This document shows, piece by piece, positions 38,632 through 47,328 of a stretch of DNA of 53,684 bases. This stretch comes from an uncultured bacterium (lineage in GTDB: Bacteria > SAR324 > NAC60-12), in the NCBI GenBank assembly GCA_964010765.1, contig CAXGMD010000012.1:1-53684 (forward strand), in the 5' to 3' direction. The notes below the pieces were generated by a model. The model was not told the origin of the DNA. It saw only the letters and a program-made list of their open reading frames with translations, and did not search any database. Both the position numbers and the translations under genes were made by a program. Numbering within the stretch: position 1 is the stretch's first letter; each line of letters opens with the position of its first letter.

Positions 38632-39696
38632 ATGAAATTAGAACACGGTTGGCGCATGCCTGCTGAATGGGCCCTTCATCAATGTTGTTGGATCGCTTGG
38701 CCATGCAGAGAGGCTACGTTTCATGGCAGGTTTGAAGAAGCAAAGAGAGATGTAGCTGCAGTTGCACGGAGCATTGCCAGTGCTGAAAACGTCAAATTAC
38801 TTGTTAGAGAAGCAGATTTTGAGGAAGCCACTCAACTTTGTGGGCCTGCTGTGCAGCTTGTCAAATTTGAACTCAGTGACTCTTGGACAAGGGATTCTGG
38901 GCCCAGCTTTGTCTTAAATGAACTCAATGAATTGGCGGGAGTTGACTGGTACTTCAATGCCTACGGGAGTCTTGCTCTTCAAGAAGATGGTTCACCTGTT
39001 TCAGATCCAGAATTTGCCAATGATCAAACTTTGGCAAAACGGATTCTGGAGAGTGAGGAAATTCCACGTTTGATTGCTCCCTTGGTTTTGGAGGGAGGCA
39101 GCATTCATGTGGACGGTAGCGGAACTTTGCTTACCACGGAACAATGCCTATTGAGCCGAAATCCTGGTGAGACCCAACTGGAAATTGAAGGATTTCTATC
39201 GGAATTTTTAGGAATTTCTAAGCCAATCTGGCTTGGAGAGGGACTGCAAGATGATGAAACCAATGGACATGTGGATAATCTTGCTTGCTTTGTAAATGAA
39301 GGGGTCGTTTTGGCTCTGAACTGCGAAGATTCCCAAGACCCGAACTATGAACCTCTCAAAGACAACCTGCAGCGCCTTCGGTTGGCAACAGACGCACATG
39401 GACGTTCGCTAGAGGTCTTTACGATCAATCAGCCGCCTGCAGCTTTTCGAAAGAATGGAGATCGGCTGAGTCAATCCTATTTGAATTTCTATCTAGCCAA
39501 TGGTGCGGTGATCTGTCCGGCATTTGGATATACGACAGAAGATGAATCTGCTGTGGAAAGACTGTGCAGCTTATTTCCAGATCGAAGAGTCATTCCAGTT
39601 TCCATCTCGAACCTGATTCATGGTGGAGGAGGAATCCATTGCATCACTCAACAGCAGCCAGTTGGGCGAAATTCAGTCAGTCCCAAAACATCTTGA
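38632..39696 (+). CDS. aguA: Agmatine deiminase / peptidylarginine deiminase family
   Basis: RMPAEW, DSWTRDSGP, LEGGSIHVDG.GT.LTTEQCLL, TNGHVDN, SY.NFY, GGGIHCITQQQP. Confidence 0.92.
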   Translation: MKLEHGWRMPAEWALHQCCWIAWPCREATFHGRFEEAKRDVAAVARSIASAENVKLLVREADFEEATQLCGPAVQLVKFELSDSWTRDSGPSFVLNELNELAGVDWYFNAYGSLALQEDGSPVSDPEFANDQTLAKRILESEEIPRLIAPLVLEGGSIHVDGSGTLLTTEQCLLSRNPGETQLEIEGFLSEFLGISKPIWLGEGLQDDETNGHVDNLACFVNEGVVLALNCEDSQDPNYEPLKDNLQRLRLATDAHGRSLEVFTINQPPAAFRKNGDRLSQSYLNFYLANGAVICPAFGYTTEDESAVERLCSLFPDRRVIPVSISNLIHGGGGIHCITQQQPVGRNSVSPKTS

Positions 39697-40410
39697 CTAC
39701 AAACGTAACCAGCTCATTTCATGGGGTACGTTGCCTAATTCGATGATCCGTTTGATACCTAGATCATCGTGATTGGCTACCACGTCCAAAGGCTGAATTT
39801 CTGTATTATGCTCATCACCTCTGCCGACTAATGCCGTGTGGTAGCTCGCGGATAGAGGCATTAGTGCTGCCCCAGTACTCCCCTGTAAATCAGCCTGTCC
39901 GTAGCACAGACAAAAGTATGCTTGATTGGGTTCTCCAAGCCAATCAGCTTCTGCATGGAATACAGTTCCTTTGACACCCACCTGAAGCGCAGGCATTCGA
40001 AGTCGGTACTTCCGATTTCTTTTCTGAGTGATGGCTGCTGTGACGCTTCCCCTTTCCAAGTTGATTTGTCCACCTTCTTTCTTAAGAATCAGTTGTGCTC
40101 TAGCGTAGCTGTTAAGTTGGAAGGCGCTTTGGTCTGGAGCCCCCAGAATCACTTCACTGTCCTTATCCACCTCGACAACCTCACCACTGAATACCTGATC
40201 ACCAACCTTCAATTGTTTTTGCGTCTGGGCTATTCCACGTAAAGCAAGAACTTGCAGAGTGTCAGCTTGTATTTTGGACGATTCCTGAGCCCTCAGATCT
40301 ATCGGTGAGGCCAAAGAACTACTTTTCTGGCAAGAACCCAATGCCAAGAGTGAGATAGCTTGAAGGCTTCTCTTCAGCAATTTGCGGCGGTTACAGCAAC
40401 AGGAATACAT
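39697..40410 (-). CDS. FecR-domain exported protein (Tat-type lipoprotein signal)
   Basis: NRRKLLK..LLALGSC signal. L.VGD.V, I.LE.G, GVKGTVF beta-rich FecR-like pattern. Start uncertain (40410 or 40443). Confidence 0.65.
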   Translation of the reverse strand: MYSCCCNRRKLLKRSLQAISLLALGSCQKSSSLASPIDLRAQESSKIQADTLQVLALRGIAQTQKQLKVGDQVFSGEVVEVDKDSEVILGAPDQSAFQLNSYARAQLILKKEGGQINLERGSVTAAITQKRNRKYRLRMPALQVGVKGTVFHAEADWLGEPNQAYFCLCYGQADLQGSTGAALMPLSASYHTALVGRGDEHNTEIQPLDVVANHDDLGIKRIIELGNVPHEMSWLRL

Positions 40411-40414
40411 AAAA

Positions 40415-40957
40415 TCAATCTTTGAAGACCTGTTGATAAGCACAATAGTCCGTCAAGGCTTTTTCTTCACAACGAATTCGATGAAAGAGAAGCATGGCGT
40501 TGGCAATCGAGAAGAAGATGGAGGTCCAGATTGCAGAATGCAACAAAGGAAAAAAAGCAATTTCCAGGACTACACCAAGGTAGTTGGGATGACGAAAGTA
40601 GCGATAGAGGCCACTGCGAAGAGCTTCTTTCCCAGGAACCAGAACAATTTTAGTGTTCCAATGCGTTCCCAAAGTCAAAATGGCATGATAGCGAAGACCC
40701 TGCCCGATGATGACAAGAATCATTGATGGCCCAGCGAGTTGCCATGAAAATTCCCTATCCAGGATCCAAACTTCCAAGAGCATCGATAGTATCCAGCCAC
40801 TATGCAGAGCAACCATTACTGGATAATGTCTCGGAAAAAACTCCTCACCACCACTTTCCAGCAAAATTTTGATGTTTTGCTGGCTCCGCTTGAGTTCCCA
40901 AAAGCGTTGCAGAACGAGTAATCCAACGAATCCACTGAACAGTAGCGCACTGCTCAT
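40415..40957 (-). CDS. Isoprenylcysteine carboxyl methyltransferase family (BpsB/SrsB-like)
   Basis: QR..EL..S..N, HYP.MV.LH, LG..WNT.I, GLYRYFRHPNYL, RI..EE.AL. ATGA-coupled to batD. Confidence 0.88.
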   Translation of the reverse strand: MSSALLFSGFVGLLVLQRFWELKRSQQNIKILLESGGEEFFPRHYPVMVALHSGWILSMLLEVWILDREFSWQLAGPSMILVIIGQGLRYHAILTLGTHWNTKIVLVPGKEALRSGLYRYFRHPNYLGVVLEIAFFPLLHSAIWTSIFFSIANAMLLFHRIRCEEKALTDYCAYQQVFKD

Positions 40958-42633
40958 GCGGACTTGCGCCACCAAAGGCGTTCAGATTCAGGTGTGCTAA
41001 GCGGTTCTTCTTTTGTGGGATTTGCTGGAAGTTCACAGAGCCAGTTTAGCAAACCTGAGGGATCCCAGTGACGAGAATCTTTTCCATAACAGTAACGATC
41101 CAAGTCTTTCAAAATGGTTTGAGCATCCGGAAATTCGCTACAGAGATCCGTCCAGCTAGGTTTAGGCGAAGGATGCCACGAGCGAAGCCAGCTCATGAGC
41201 GCACTTCTACTGCGGAGGGCATTGCCACTTCGCAGCGCATCCAAAGCATCCTTGTAGGCTTGACGAACTTTTGGTGATTCCTCCTGTGAGGCCTTCGGTG
41301 CATTATTTGGCTTGGCTGATTGGGTTTTAGCAGTCCAGAACCAGAGACCTATTGTCCCGGTCCAAAGTGCCAGTAGAACAGCACTAATCGATTGCCAAAG
41401 CCAACTATCGGTATTCATCTCTTGCGTAGCTGAGCGCTCCGCAGTGGATGTCGTCACCGTTGTATCAAGGGGTTGGAGTTGGGTTGGTGCAAGGGCAGCA
41501 GGCAAAACTTCAATAGTCCTTTCTGGTAGTCGTGCAACTTGGGGTTGATTGGTTTGTAAGTTCCACCAATTGATTTCGATAGCAGGTAGCTTTATTTTCC
41601 CTGGTTTTGTTGGAACCAAGGCAAAACTTTGGAATCGTTCTCCGGTCACCCAGTGATTGTCATTGCTTGTTTTCACCTCCGCTGGATCAGAATAGATCTT
41701 GAGTGATTCTGGCATGCTCATGTTCCACTCAGAGAGTTGCTCTCCAAGTAGCCCAGTTGCCCGCAATCGAATCTGCCGAGAAACTGAATCTCCAACACGA
41801 AAGACAGGTGGGTTGGGATCCCATTGTTCTTGGAGCACCATTTCCTGAGCTGGCAGCCACCATCCTTGTGCATCCCTTGGGACCGGGGTAACTCGAACTT
41901 GTTGAGAGGGCGTTTGCAAGACTACTCGCTGGGTTTTGGCTCCAAGATGCCGATTCAGACCCTGAAATAGGCTTTGCCCTTTAGAAGCCAGGATCGCTTC
42001 TCCCTGATAAGTTAAGGCTGGAATTTCTAGATTCCCACTTTCTTGTGGAAAGATCGCGTATCGTAGGGTGGTGACGTTAAGTCGGCGGCCATTCCGCACT
42101 TGCTGTTCATTTTGCTGATCCAGCAATTTGACAGGAACGTTGGGCAGGTCTGGTGGTGTCAGGCTCTCGTTTTCAACCAGAATTCCTCGTTCTAGGCGAA
42201 TTTCCAAAACCAGCTGCTGCTGCGGATAGACTTGTCGTGGTTCGACCCGGGCGGCTATCTCAATTGGCAGAGCCATTTGGTGACTCTTGCGATCAGCGAT
42301 CTCCAGTTGGATTTCCTCCGTCTGTTCGTTCCCTAGTTGAAAGGGAGGAATTCTAAGGACTCCAGCCTGGTTCGGCAAAATGGTAAAAATCCAGCGATGT
42401 GCTTTGGAAATACTGCCATTGATGATGGACGTTTGGCTTTGAGTGCTCCGACTCAGGATTTTTAGTCCATCCATTTCAGGGATCTGTAAATCTCCATCTT
42501 CTTCGGCTTCAACAATCAGTTCAAAGGCTTCTCCTTGTACAAACACATCCCCTTGGACCCATGAACTCAGGGCTGCAAATACGGTTTGATGGCTAAACAT
42601 CATCAGTAGGAATAAACCAAGCAACCAACGCAT
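40954..42633 (-). CDS. batD: BatD-family protein
   Basis: Signal peptide, S.TSIING, RYAIFPQ.SG.L.IP, WLPA....L.E.W, IEINWWN, late TM helix. Follows the VWA-TPR gene. Confidence 0.88.
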   Translation of the reverse strand: MRWLLGLFLLMMFSHQTVFAALSSWVQGDVFVQGEAFELIVEAEEDGDLQIPEMDGLKILSRSTQSQTSIINGSISKAHRWIFTILPNQAGVLRIPPFQLGNEQTEEIQLEIADRKSHQMALPIEIAARVEPRQVYPQQQLVLEIRLERGILVENESLTPPDLPNVPVKLLDQQNEQQVRNGRRLNVTTLRYAIFPQESGNLEIPALTYQGEAILASKGQSLFQGLNRHLGAKTQRVVLQTPSQQVRVTPVPRDAQGWWLPAQEMVLQEQWDPNPPVFRVGDSVSRQIRLRATGLLGEQLSEWNMSMPESLKIYSDPAEVKTSNDNHWVTGERFQSFALVPTKPGKIKLPAIEINWWNLQTNQPQVARLPERTIEVLPAALAPTQLQPLDTTVTTSTAERSATQEMNTDSWLWQSISAVLLALWTGTIGLWFWTAKTQSAKPNNAPKASQEESPKVRQAYKDALDALRSGNALRSRSALMSWLRSWHPSPKPSWTDLCSEFPDAQTILKDLDRYCYGKDSRHWDPSGLLNWLCELPANPTKEEPLSTPESERLWWRKSA

Positions 42634-42637
42634 ATTT

Positions 42638-44584
42638 TTACCAAAAATCTGTTTCGTGATTTAATTCCGAAGCCTGTCTTCGACGAAGACTCTCCAAGCG
42701 CATCTTATTTCGAAGTAGTTGCCCGGGATCATCAGGAACTTTTCGAAGCCATTGTTGAAGCGTTTGTTGTTGCTCTTCATTCTCATTTCCTTTGAGATAA
42801 GCTGCTGCTTGATCTGATTGCTCTTCTTTCTCGCTTTCATTTCCTTCTTCAGGAGTCAGTAGATTTTTCTGTGATTCTTTCTGTCCGGTTATCTCTTGAT
42901 TCTCGGAATCAGTAGTCTCTTTGCCACTAGCTGAACCTGTATTCTTTTGATCAGAGTTTTGTTCACTTAGCTGCCCTGTAGAATCTTCTGATCCTTGAAT
43001 ATCATCAGGTTTTGGGACTTGTTCCGCAGACTTTTGATTGTTTTGCGCAGAGTCTCCATTCGCTGCGTCATTATTTTCTGGCAGCTGATTTTGTTCAGTT
43101 GGATCTCCTGAGGATGCAGACTGATCAGGCTGTTCCTGCGAATCTTCTTCACCTTCTTCTGGTCGGTTTGGATTGCCTCCAGATGACTTGTCTTCTTGAA
43201 ATTGCTTTTGTTGTGAATCCAGTAGCTTTGCCACAAGATCTCTGTTGAATTGGGCATCCTCCCAGTCTGGTTCAGCAGCTAAAGCCTGATCATACGCTTC
43301 AAGGGCCTCAGGAAGTTTTCCATTTCGTGCAAGTGCATTCCCTCGATTGTAGGACGTTATTGGACTTTCTTCATTTGACCAATATTGTAGAGCTTCTTCA
43401 TATTCCTGAGCCTTGTAGGCAGCGATTCCTTGCCACGTAGAGTCATTAAAAGTCTGTGCTGCTTTAGCGGCTTGACCTTCTTCCAGAAGTTCATAGGCAC
43501 GTTGATTGTCATTGATGAAAAGCTCTCTCCACTCCCATGCTTGACTCAATGATGGCCAACTTGTCAGGACAAGCACAAAGAGCCATCCTCTCCGGAAGAT
43601 CAGAGCTACCAAGGGTAGTAATAAAACAAACAACCATGGTCCTTCTTCTCTCCAGCGATCAGTCGTGAGTTCCTCCTCTTGTTCCTGAAAGCCCTGATCC
43701 TTTTCTTCAAATGCAACTAGCCGGTCCAGATCGCTATCGTCATATTGCACAGGCAGAACCTGACCACCTAGGGTTTCGGCTACAGCTTTCAAGGGAGCCA
43801 AGTCCAGCTGAGGAATGACAATGTTATTGTTGGTATCCTTCAGATAATTGCCTTTTTCCAAAACAATGGGGGCCCCGCTAGGAGTTCCAACTGCGAGGAC
43901 AGTTAGTTTGTGCCTCTGTGATGACAAAAGGTTTTGAAGTGGCTTGACTTGCTGATCATCGATCCCATCAGTAATCCAAACCAAATGGCTATTTTGGATA
44001 TCAACTTGATTCAGCATTTCAATCACATTTTCAAAGGCTAGGTCTGGCCGACTCCCACGAACAGGCATCAGGCTGGGATGAAGAGAGGGCAATAAAGTAC
44101 GGATTGTCTCTACATCCTCAGTCAAGGGGACTAGCGTATGGGCATCACCCGCGTACAGCACAATTGCTGTTTGGCCTTCCTGAAATCGATTTAGGAGATC
44201 CTCAATTTTGTATCGTGCCCGTTCCAATCGATTTGGTTGTAAATCTGTGGCCAGCATTGAATAGGAAAGATCAAGCAGAATTACTCGAGCCTGATCGCGA
44301 ACCAGCAGTGGTTGAGGAAGACGTTCCCAAGCTGGTCCCGCCAGGGCAAGTGTGCTTAGAACCCAGATCAGAGCAAAGCCAACTTGAAGCTGCTTTTTTC
44401 GGTGTTGGCTGATTTGGGAAGATACAATCAACAAGCGCTGGAGAGGAGGAGAGATCCATTGCGCCCAATCAATCTGGGAACTTTGGATTTTTGGAAGGAA
44501 CCACAATATTACCCCCCAAAGAGGTAGCAACCAGAGCCACTCTACTCTGAGGAAATGAAACTCTAAAAGAGCAGGAATTTCCAT
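42638..44584 (-). CDS. VWA + TPR protein (BatB/BatC fusion)
   Basis: FHFLR.EWL, LAGPAW, MIDAS DLSYSM, P.RL.RA, ITDG, YNRGNALA TPR, acidic low-complexity tract, QWLR.VPDDPG.LLR.K. Confidence 0.9.
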   Translation of the reverse strand: MEIPALLEFHFLRVEWLWLLPLWGVILWFLPKIQSSQIDWAQWISPPLQRLLIVSSQISQHRKKQLQVGFALIWVLSTLALAGPAWERLPQPLLVRDQARVILLDLSYSMLATDLQPNRLERARYKIEDLLNRFQEGQTAIVLYAGDAHTLVPLTEDVETIRTLLPSLHPSLMPVRGSRPDLAFENVIEMLNQVDIQNSHLVWITDGIDDQQVKPLQNLLSSQRHKLTVLAVGTPSGAPIVLEKGNYLKDTNNNIVIPQLDLAPLKAVAETLGGQVLPVQYDDSDLDRLVAFEEKDQGFQEQEEELTTDRWREEGPWLFVLLLPLVALIFRRGWLFVLVLTSWPSLSQAWEWRELFINDNQRAYELLEEGQAAKAAQTFNDSTWQGIAAYKAQEYEEALQYWSNEESPITSYNRGNALARNGKLPEALEAYDQALAAEPDWEDAQFNRDLVAKLLDSQQKQFQEDKSSGGNPNRPEEGEEDSQEQPDQSASSGDPTEQNQLPENNDAANGDSAQNNQKSAEQVPKPDDIQGSEDSTGQLSEQNSDQKNTGSASGKETTDSENQEITGQKESQKNLLTPEEGNESEKEEQSDQAAAYLKGNENEEQQQTLQQWLRKVPDDPGQLLRNKMRLESLRRRQASELNHETDFW

Positions 44585-44690
44585 TGATGAAGTCAGTAAA
44601 TCAAAAGACGACGCAAGTTTTCAAAAAAATTACCGATAATTTTGCCATGGCCAAAAAACTTTGCCAAGCCACCTTGGACATGGAGAAAAT

Positions 44691-44870
44691 ATGCGTCAAG
44701 ATTGGAATTTAGAATTTCGGCTCTTGGAATCTGCTCTGCAGGTCAGGGATTATGTGCAATTGAGTCATCGTCCAAAGAATTTGCAGAGGCACTCACAAAC
44801 GTCAAAGCCTATACCAGTCAATCCTGGCTGGGAATTGGCTCTTCGAGAAGCTATGCAACCGACGGGTTGA
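44691..44870 (+). CDS. Possible small hypothetical protein (59 aa)
   Basis: GGAG SD 5 nt before ATG 44691. Occupies an otherwise empty gap. No family recognised. Confidence 0.35.
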   Translation: MRQDWNLEFRLLESALQVRDYVQLSHRPKNLQRHSQTSKPIPVNPGWELALREAMQPTG

Positions 44871-45501
44871 GAGAAGTCTCTCGATGATTCTGAGCTGCCA
44901 CAATCCAATGTGGGGCTCGTGGATGATGTAGCGGATGAATCGATTGGTGTCCGAGACCCAGTTCCAACAAGCGAAGAATCATCAGCGCAGTCATACCCCA
45001 GATGTGATATCCCTCGAATTGGAAGTGATGTGTGAAGTGAGGATATGGTCGCTTCTCATGGTGTTGTCGAAGTTGATGCTGTGTAGGGTCCAAGAAGAAT
45101 GAGATTGGAACCCAGAAGCAGCTCTCGATTTCAGCCTCATTTATCTTTGGCTCAAATTGATTTGGTATTCTTGCAACAAAAGGCGAAACCAAACATCCAT
45201 GAGGTGAAAGCATCTGCTCTAATTTTCCCACAAAACGAATCTGCTCTTTTTCTAGCCCAACTTCCTCCCGACTCTCCCTGAGAGAAGTAAAATAATCTGA
45301 TTTGTCTTCCTGATCCCTTTTGCCTCCTGGGAAAGATACATGTCCTGAAAAGCTTCGGAGCTCCGCAGATCGCTTTGTCAAGAGTAAGGAAGGCTCACCC
45401 CGATACAAACTGAGGGGAATTAAAACAGAGGCTCTGTTCGTAACGAGATCGTTGGTAGAGGGATGATGCTCTCTCAGTCGGTCTTCAATTTGTTGCAGCA
45501 T
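44851..45501 (-). CDS. CoA pyrophosphatase (NudL/PCD1-type Nudix)
   Basis: ASVLIPL, LLTKRS..LR...G.VSFPGG..D, LRE..EEVG, IWGMTA. Confidence 0.9.
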   Translation of the reverse strand: MLQQIEDRLREHHPSTNDLVTNRASVLIPLSLYRGEPSLLLTKRSAELRSFSGHVSFPGGKRDQEDKSDYFTSLRESREEVGLEKEQIRFVGKLEQMLSPHGCLVSPFVARIPNQFEPKINEAEIESCFWVPISFFLDPTQHQLRQHHEKRPYPHFTHHFQFEGYHIWGMTALMILRLLELGLGHQSIHPLHHPRAPHWIVAAQNHRETSLNPSVA

Positions 45502-45529
45502 GAGGTGATTACCGTTGACCAGAAGCTTT

Positions 45530-45967
45530 TCATGGGGTGAAAAAGAGATCCCGGTTGTTTTTTAGATAGCGTCGAACTGCCTCATGAATCTGCCGTGCGG
45601 CTCCCTGACAAGTTTTTGCGTAAGGAGGAGTGAAGCGGATGTTTTTTTGTTGAGCATTGCCGAAAATGTCACGTTCTAAAGAACTGTCCAAAACGTAACA
45701 GGCTGAGCGAGAGGATTCCAATTCATTGGCATTCTGCTGGACACAGAGATCTAGTAATTCCACAGCAGAATACGAAGGCAGTTGGAAAAAACCTTGAGCC
45801 TCGAGCAGAGAACTGAGTGCGTTGATCGCCGATTGCACGCTCTGCAGGCAGCTTAGTTCCGGGTTGGAATTTTGTAGATCTCGAGCAGTTCGCAAATCAT
45901 CATTGGACTGCTCCCACATCACCTTTGCACGTTCTAGACTCCGTACTGATGGAGCAATTTTCTGCAT
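45530..45967 (-). CDS. HEPN-domain protein (degenerate, stand-alone)
   Basis: A..DL.TA..L..SC..S.Q.A..AL..LL...G and T...A.....A..I...V pattern of COG2250-type HEPN. Confidence 0.65.
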   Translation of the reverse strand: MQKIAPSVRSLERAKVMWEQSNDDLRTARDLQNSNPELSCLQSVQSAINALSSLLEAQGFFQLPSYSAVELLDLCVQQNANELESSRSACYVLDSSLERDIFGNAQQKNIRFTPPYAKTCQGAARQIHEAVRRYLKNNRDLFFTP

Positions 45968-46087
45968 GATTGGATCTCCTAATTTTTCTTTTCAGAATAT
46001 CTTCCAGCAACGTAAAAGGCAATCAATGCTCTGGATTCAAAACCACTGGACAAGGTTTGGCAGGTATCATAACGTAGAGAGCTCAGT

Positions 46088-46172
46088 GCGAGTGTGGTGG
46101 AATTGGTAGACACGCCAGATTTAGGATCTGGTGCAGCAATGCGTGGGGGTTCGAGTCCCTTCACTCGCACCA
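46088..46172 (+). tRNA. tRNA-Leu(TAG)
   Basis: Acceptor GCGAGTG/CACTCGC + ACCA, D-arm TGGTAGAC, anticodon arm CCAGA-TTTAGGA-TCTGG, long variable arm, GGTTCGAGTCC. Confidence 0.98.
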
Positions 46173-46437
46173 ATCTTGAGAAATGGATTATATTCGCTTT
46201 TTGAAAGCTTTTAGCTGAAATTTTTACCAGATTTCCCGTTCTCTGTGTAAAACTCAATTCTACAAAAATTTACGGACCGTATCAGAAGTACAAAATTGCT
46301 CTAGCCTCTTCTGATCTTAAATTACTCCAGATCTAGCCCTCATTCTTCAGAATCTCGCTTTCAGAGATCATTCTTCGTTTAGCAATTTTTCAAAAAAGAC
46401 TTCAAAAATTAATTTATCTACTGGCGAGGATCCTCTA

Positions 46438-47217
46438 GTGAAACTGAGTACAGCGTCTTTTTGTGCGAGATTTGTTTGCTTGATTCCGATCATTTTGGTT
46501 ACCAAGCCGATTTATGCCTACGATGAACTTGATCTTCAAAAGTTGCTGACAACCCGCATCTGTAATGACTGTAACTTGATCCAAGCAAATCTTGATTCCA
46601 AAAATTTGAATGATGTGAGTTTGTTGGGAGCTAACTTGAGAGAAGCTAATTTAGTGAGTGCAAATCTGCGCGGAGCTGAACTCATTGGAGCAGACTTGAC
46701 AGGCGCAGACCTGACCGGGGTGGATCTGACAGGCGCAGATCTAACTGGAGCTGATTTAACGGGTGTTACACTTTCAGGAGCAGATCTGACAGGCGCAACT
46801 TTGTGGATGAGTGTCCTCAGAAATTCTGCAGTGCGAAATGCGACCTTCAATTATTCCAATCTAAAAGATACTGATCTGACGGGTGCGAACCTGATCGAAG
46901 TTGAATTGGTTAGCGCGACTCTGAATAATGCTGAGTTGGAAGGGGCAAAAGTCTGGTATGCAAATTTTGAAAATGCTGACCTTGGTAGAGCCAATCTGAT
47001 GGGCACAGAAATTTATGAGTCCAATCTGATGGGCTCCAATTTAAAAAATGCAAAGCTTATCGGAGCCACCTTCTACCAGTCTAACTTGAACGGTGCGGAT
47101 TTGACGGGTACTACGCTTGATGAAGAAGCTTCAACTGTTCAGGGCCAATCAAATACAAGACTCTGCAATACAGTAATGCCTGATGGAGAGGTCACAAATA
47201 AGGATTGTAAAAGGTGA
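46438..47217 (+). CDS. Secreted pentapeptide-repeat protein
   Basis: Signal-like N-terminus, C..C.L cap, many A(D/N)LxG repeats, C-terminal LCNTVMPDG..N.DC. Confidence 0.92.
   Translation: MKLSTASFCARFVCLIPIILVTKPIYAYDELDLQKLLTTRICNDCNLIQANLDSKNLNDVSLLGANLREANLVSANLRGAELIGADLTGADLTGVDLTGADLTGADLTGVTLSGADLTGATLWMSVLRNSAVRNATFNYSNLKDTDLTGANLIEVELVSATLNNAELEGAKVWYANFENADLGRANLMGTEIYESNLMGSNLKNAKLIGATFYQSNLNGADLTGTTLDEEASTVQGQSNTRLCNTVMPDGEVTNKDCKR
46690..46794 (+). repeat. Degenerate 15-bp coding tandem repeat (7 units, ADLTG)
   Basis: gcagacttgacaggc / gcagacctgaccggg / gtggatctgacaggc / gcagatctaactgga / gctgatttaacgggt / gttacactttcagga / gcagatctgacaggc. Confidence 0.8.
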
Positions 47218-47328
47218 TGGTTGTTAAAGGCTTTGCTGCCTGATGATTGTAGTTCTTGTTCAACTCAATCAGTGACTGCAGAAAAGTTAAGTAGATTTCT
47301 CAGACCTAAACCCCTTGAGTCTGATCTT

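Noticed and set aside
42760..43220. Low-complexity Q/E/S/N tract
   Set aside because: Normal disordered linker of BatB/C-type VWA-TPR proteins.
45979..46257. 92-aa minus-strand ORF
   Set aside because: It is the antisense of tRNA-Leu (VRVKGLEPPRIAAPDPKSGVSTNSTT is a typical tRNA-shadow translation).
46690..46794. Tandem repeats as a CRISPR array
   Set aside because: 15-bp in-frame degenerate units with no spacers; they encode pentapeptide repeats. No cas genes.
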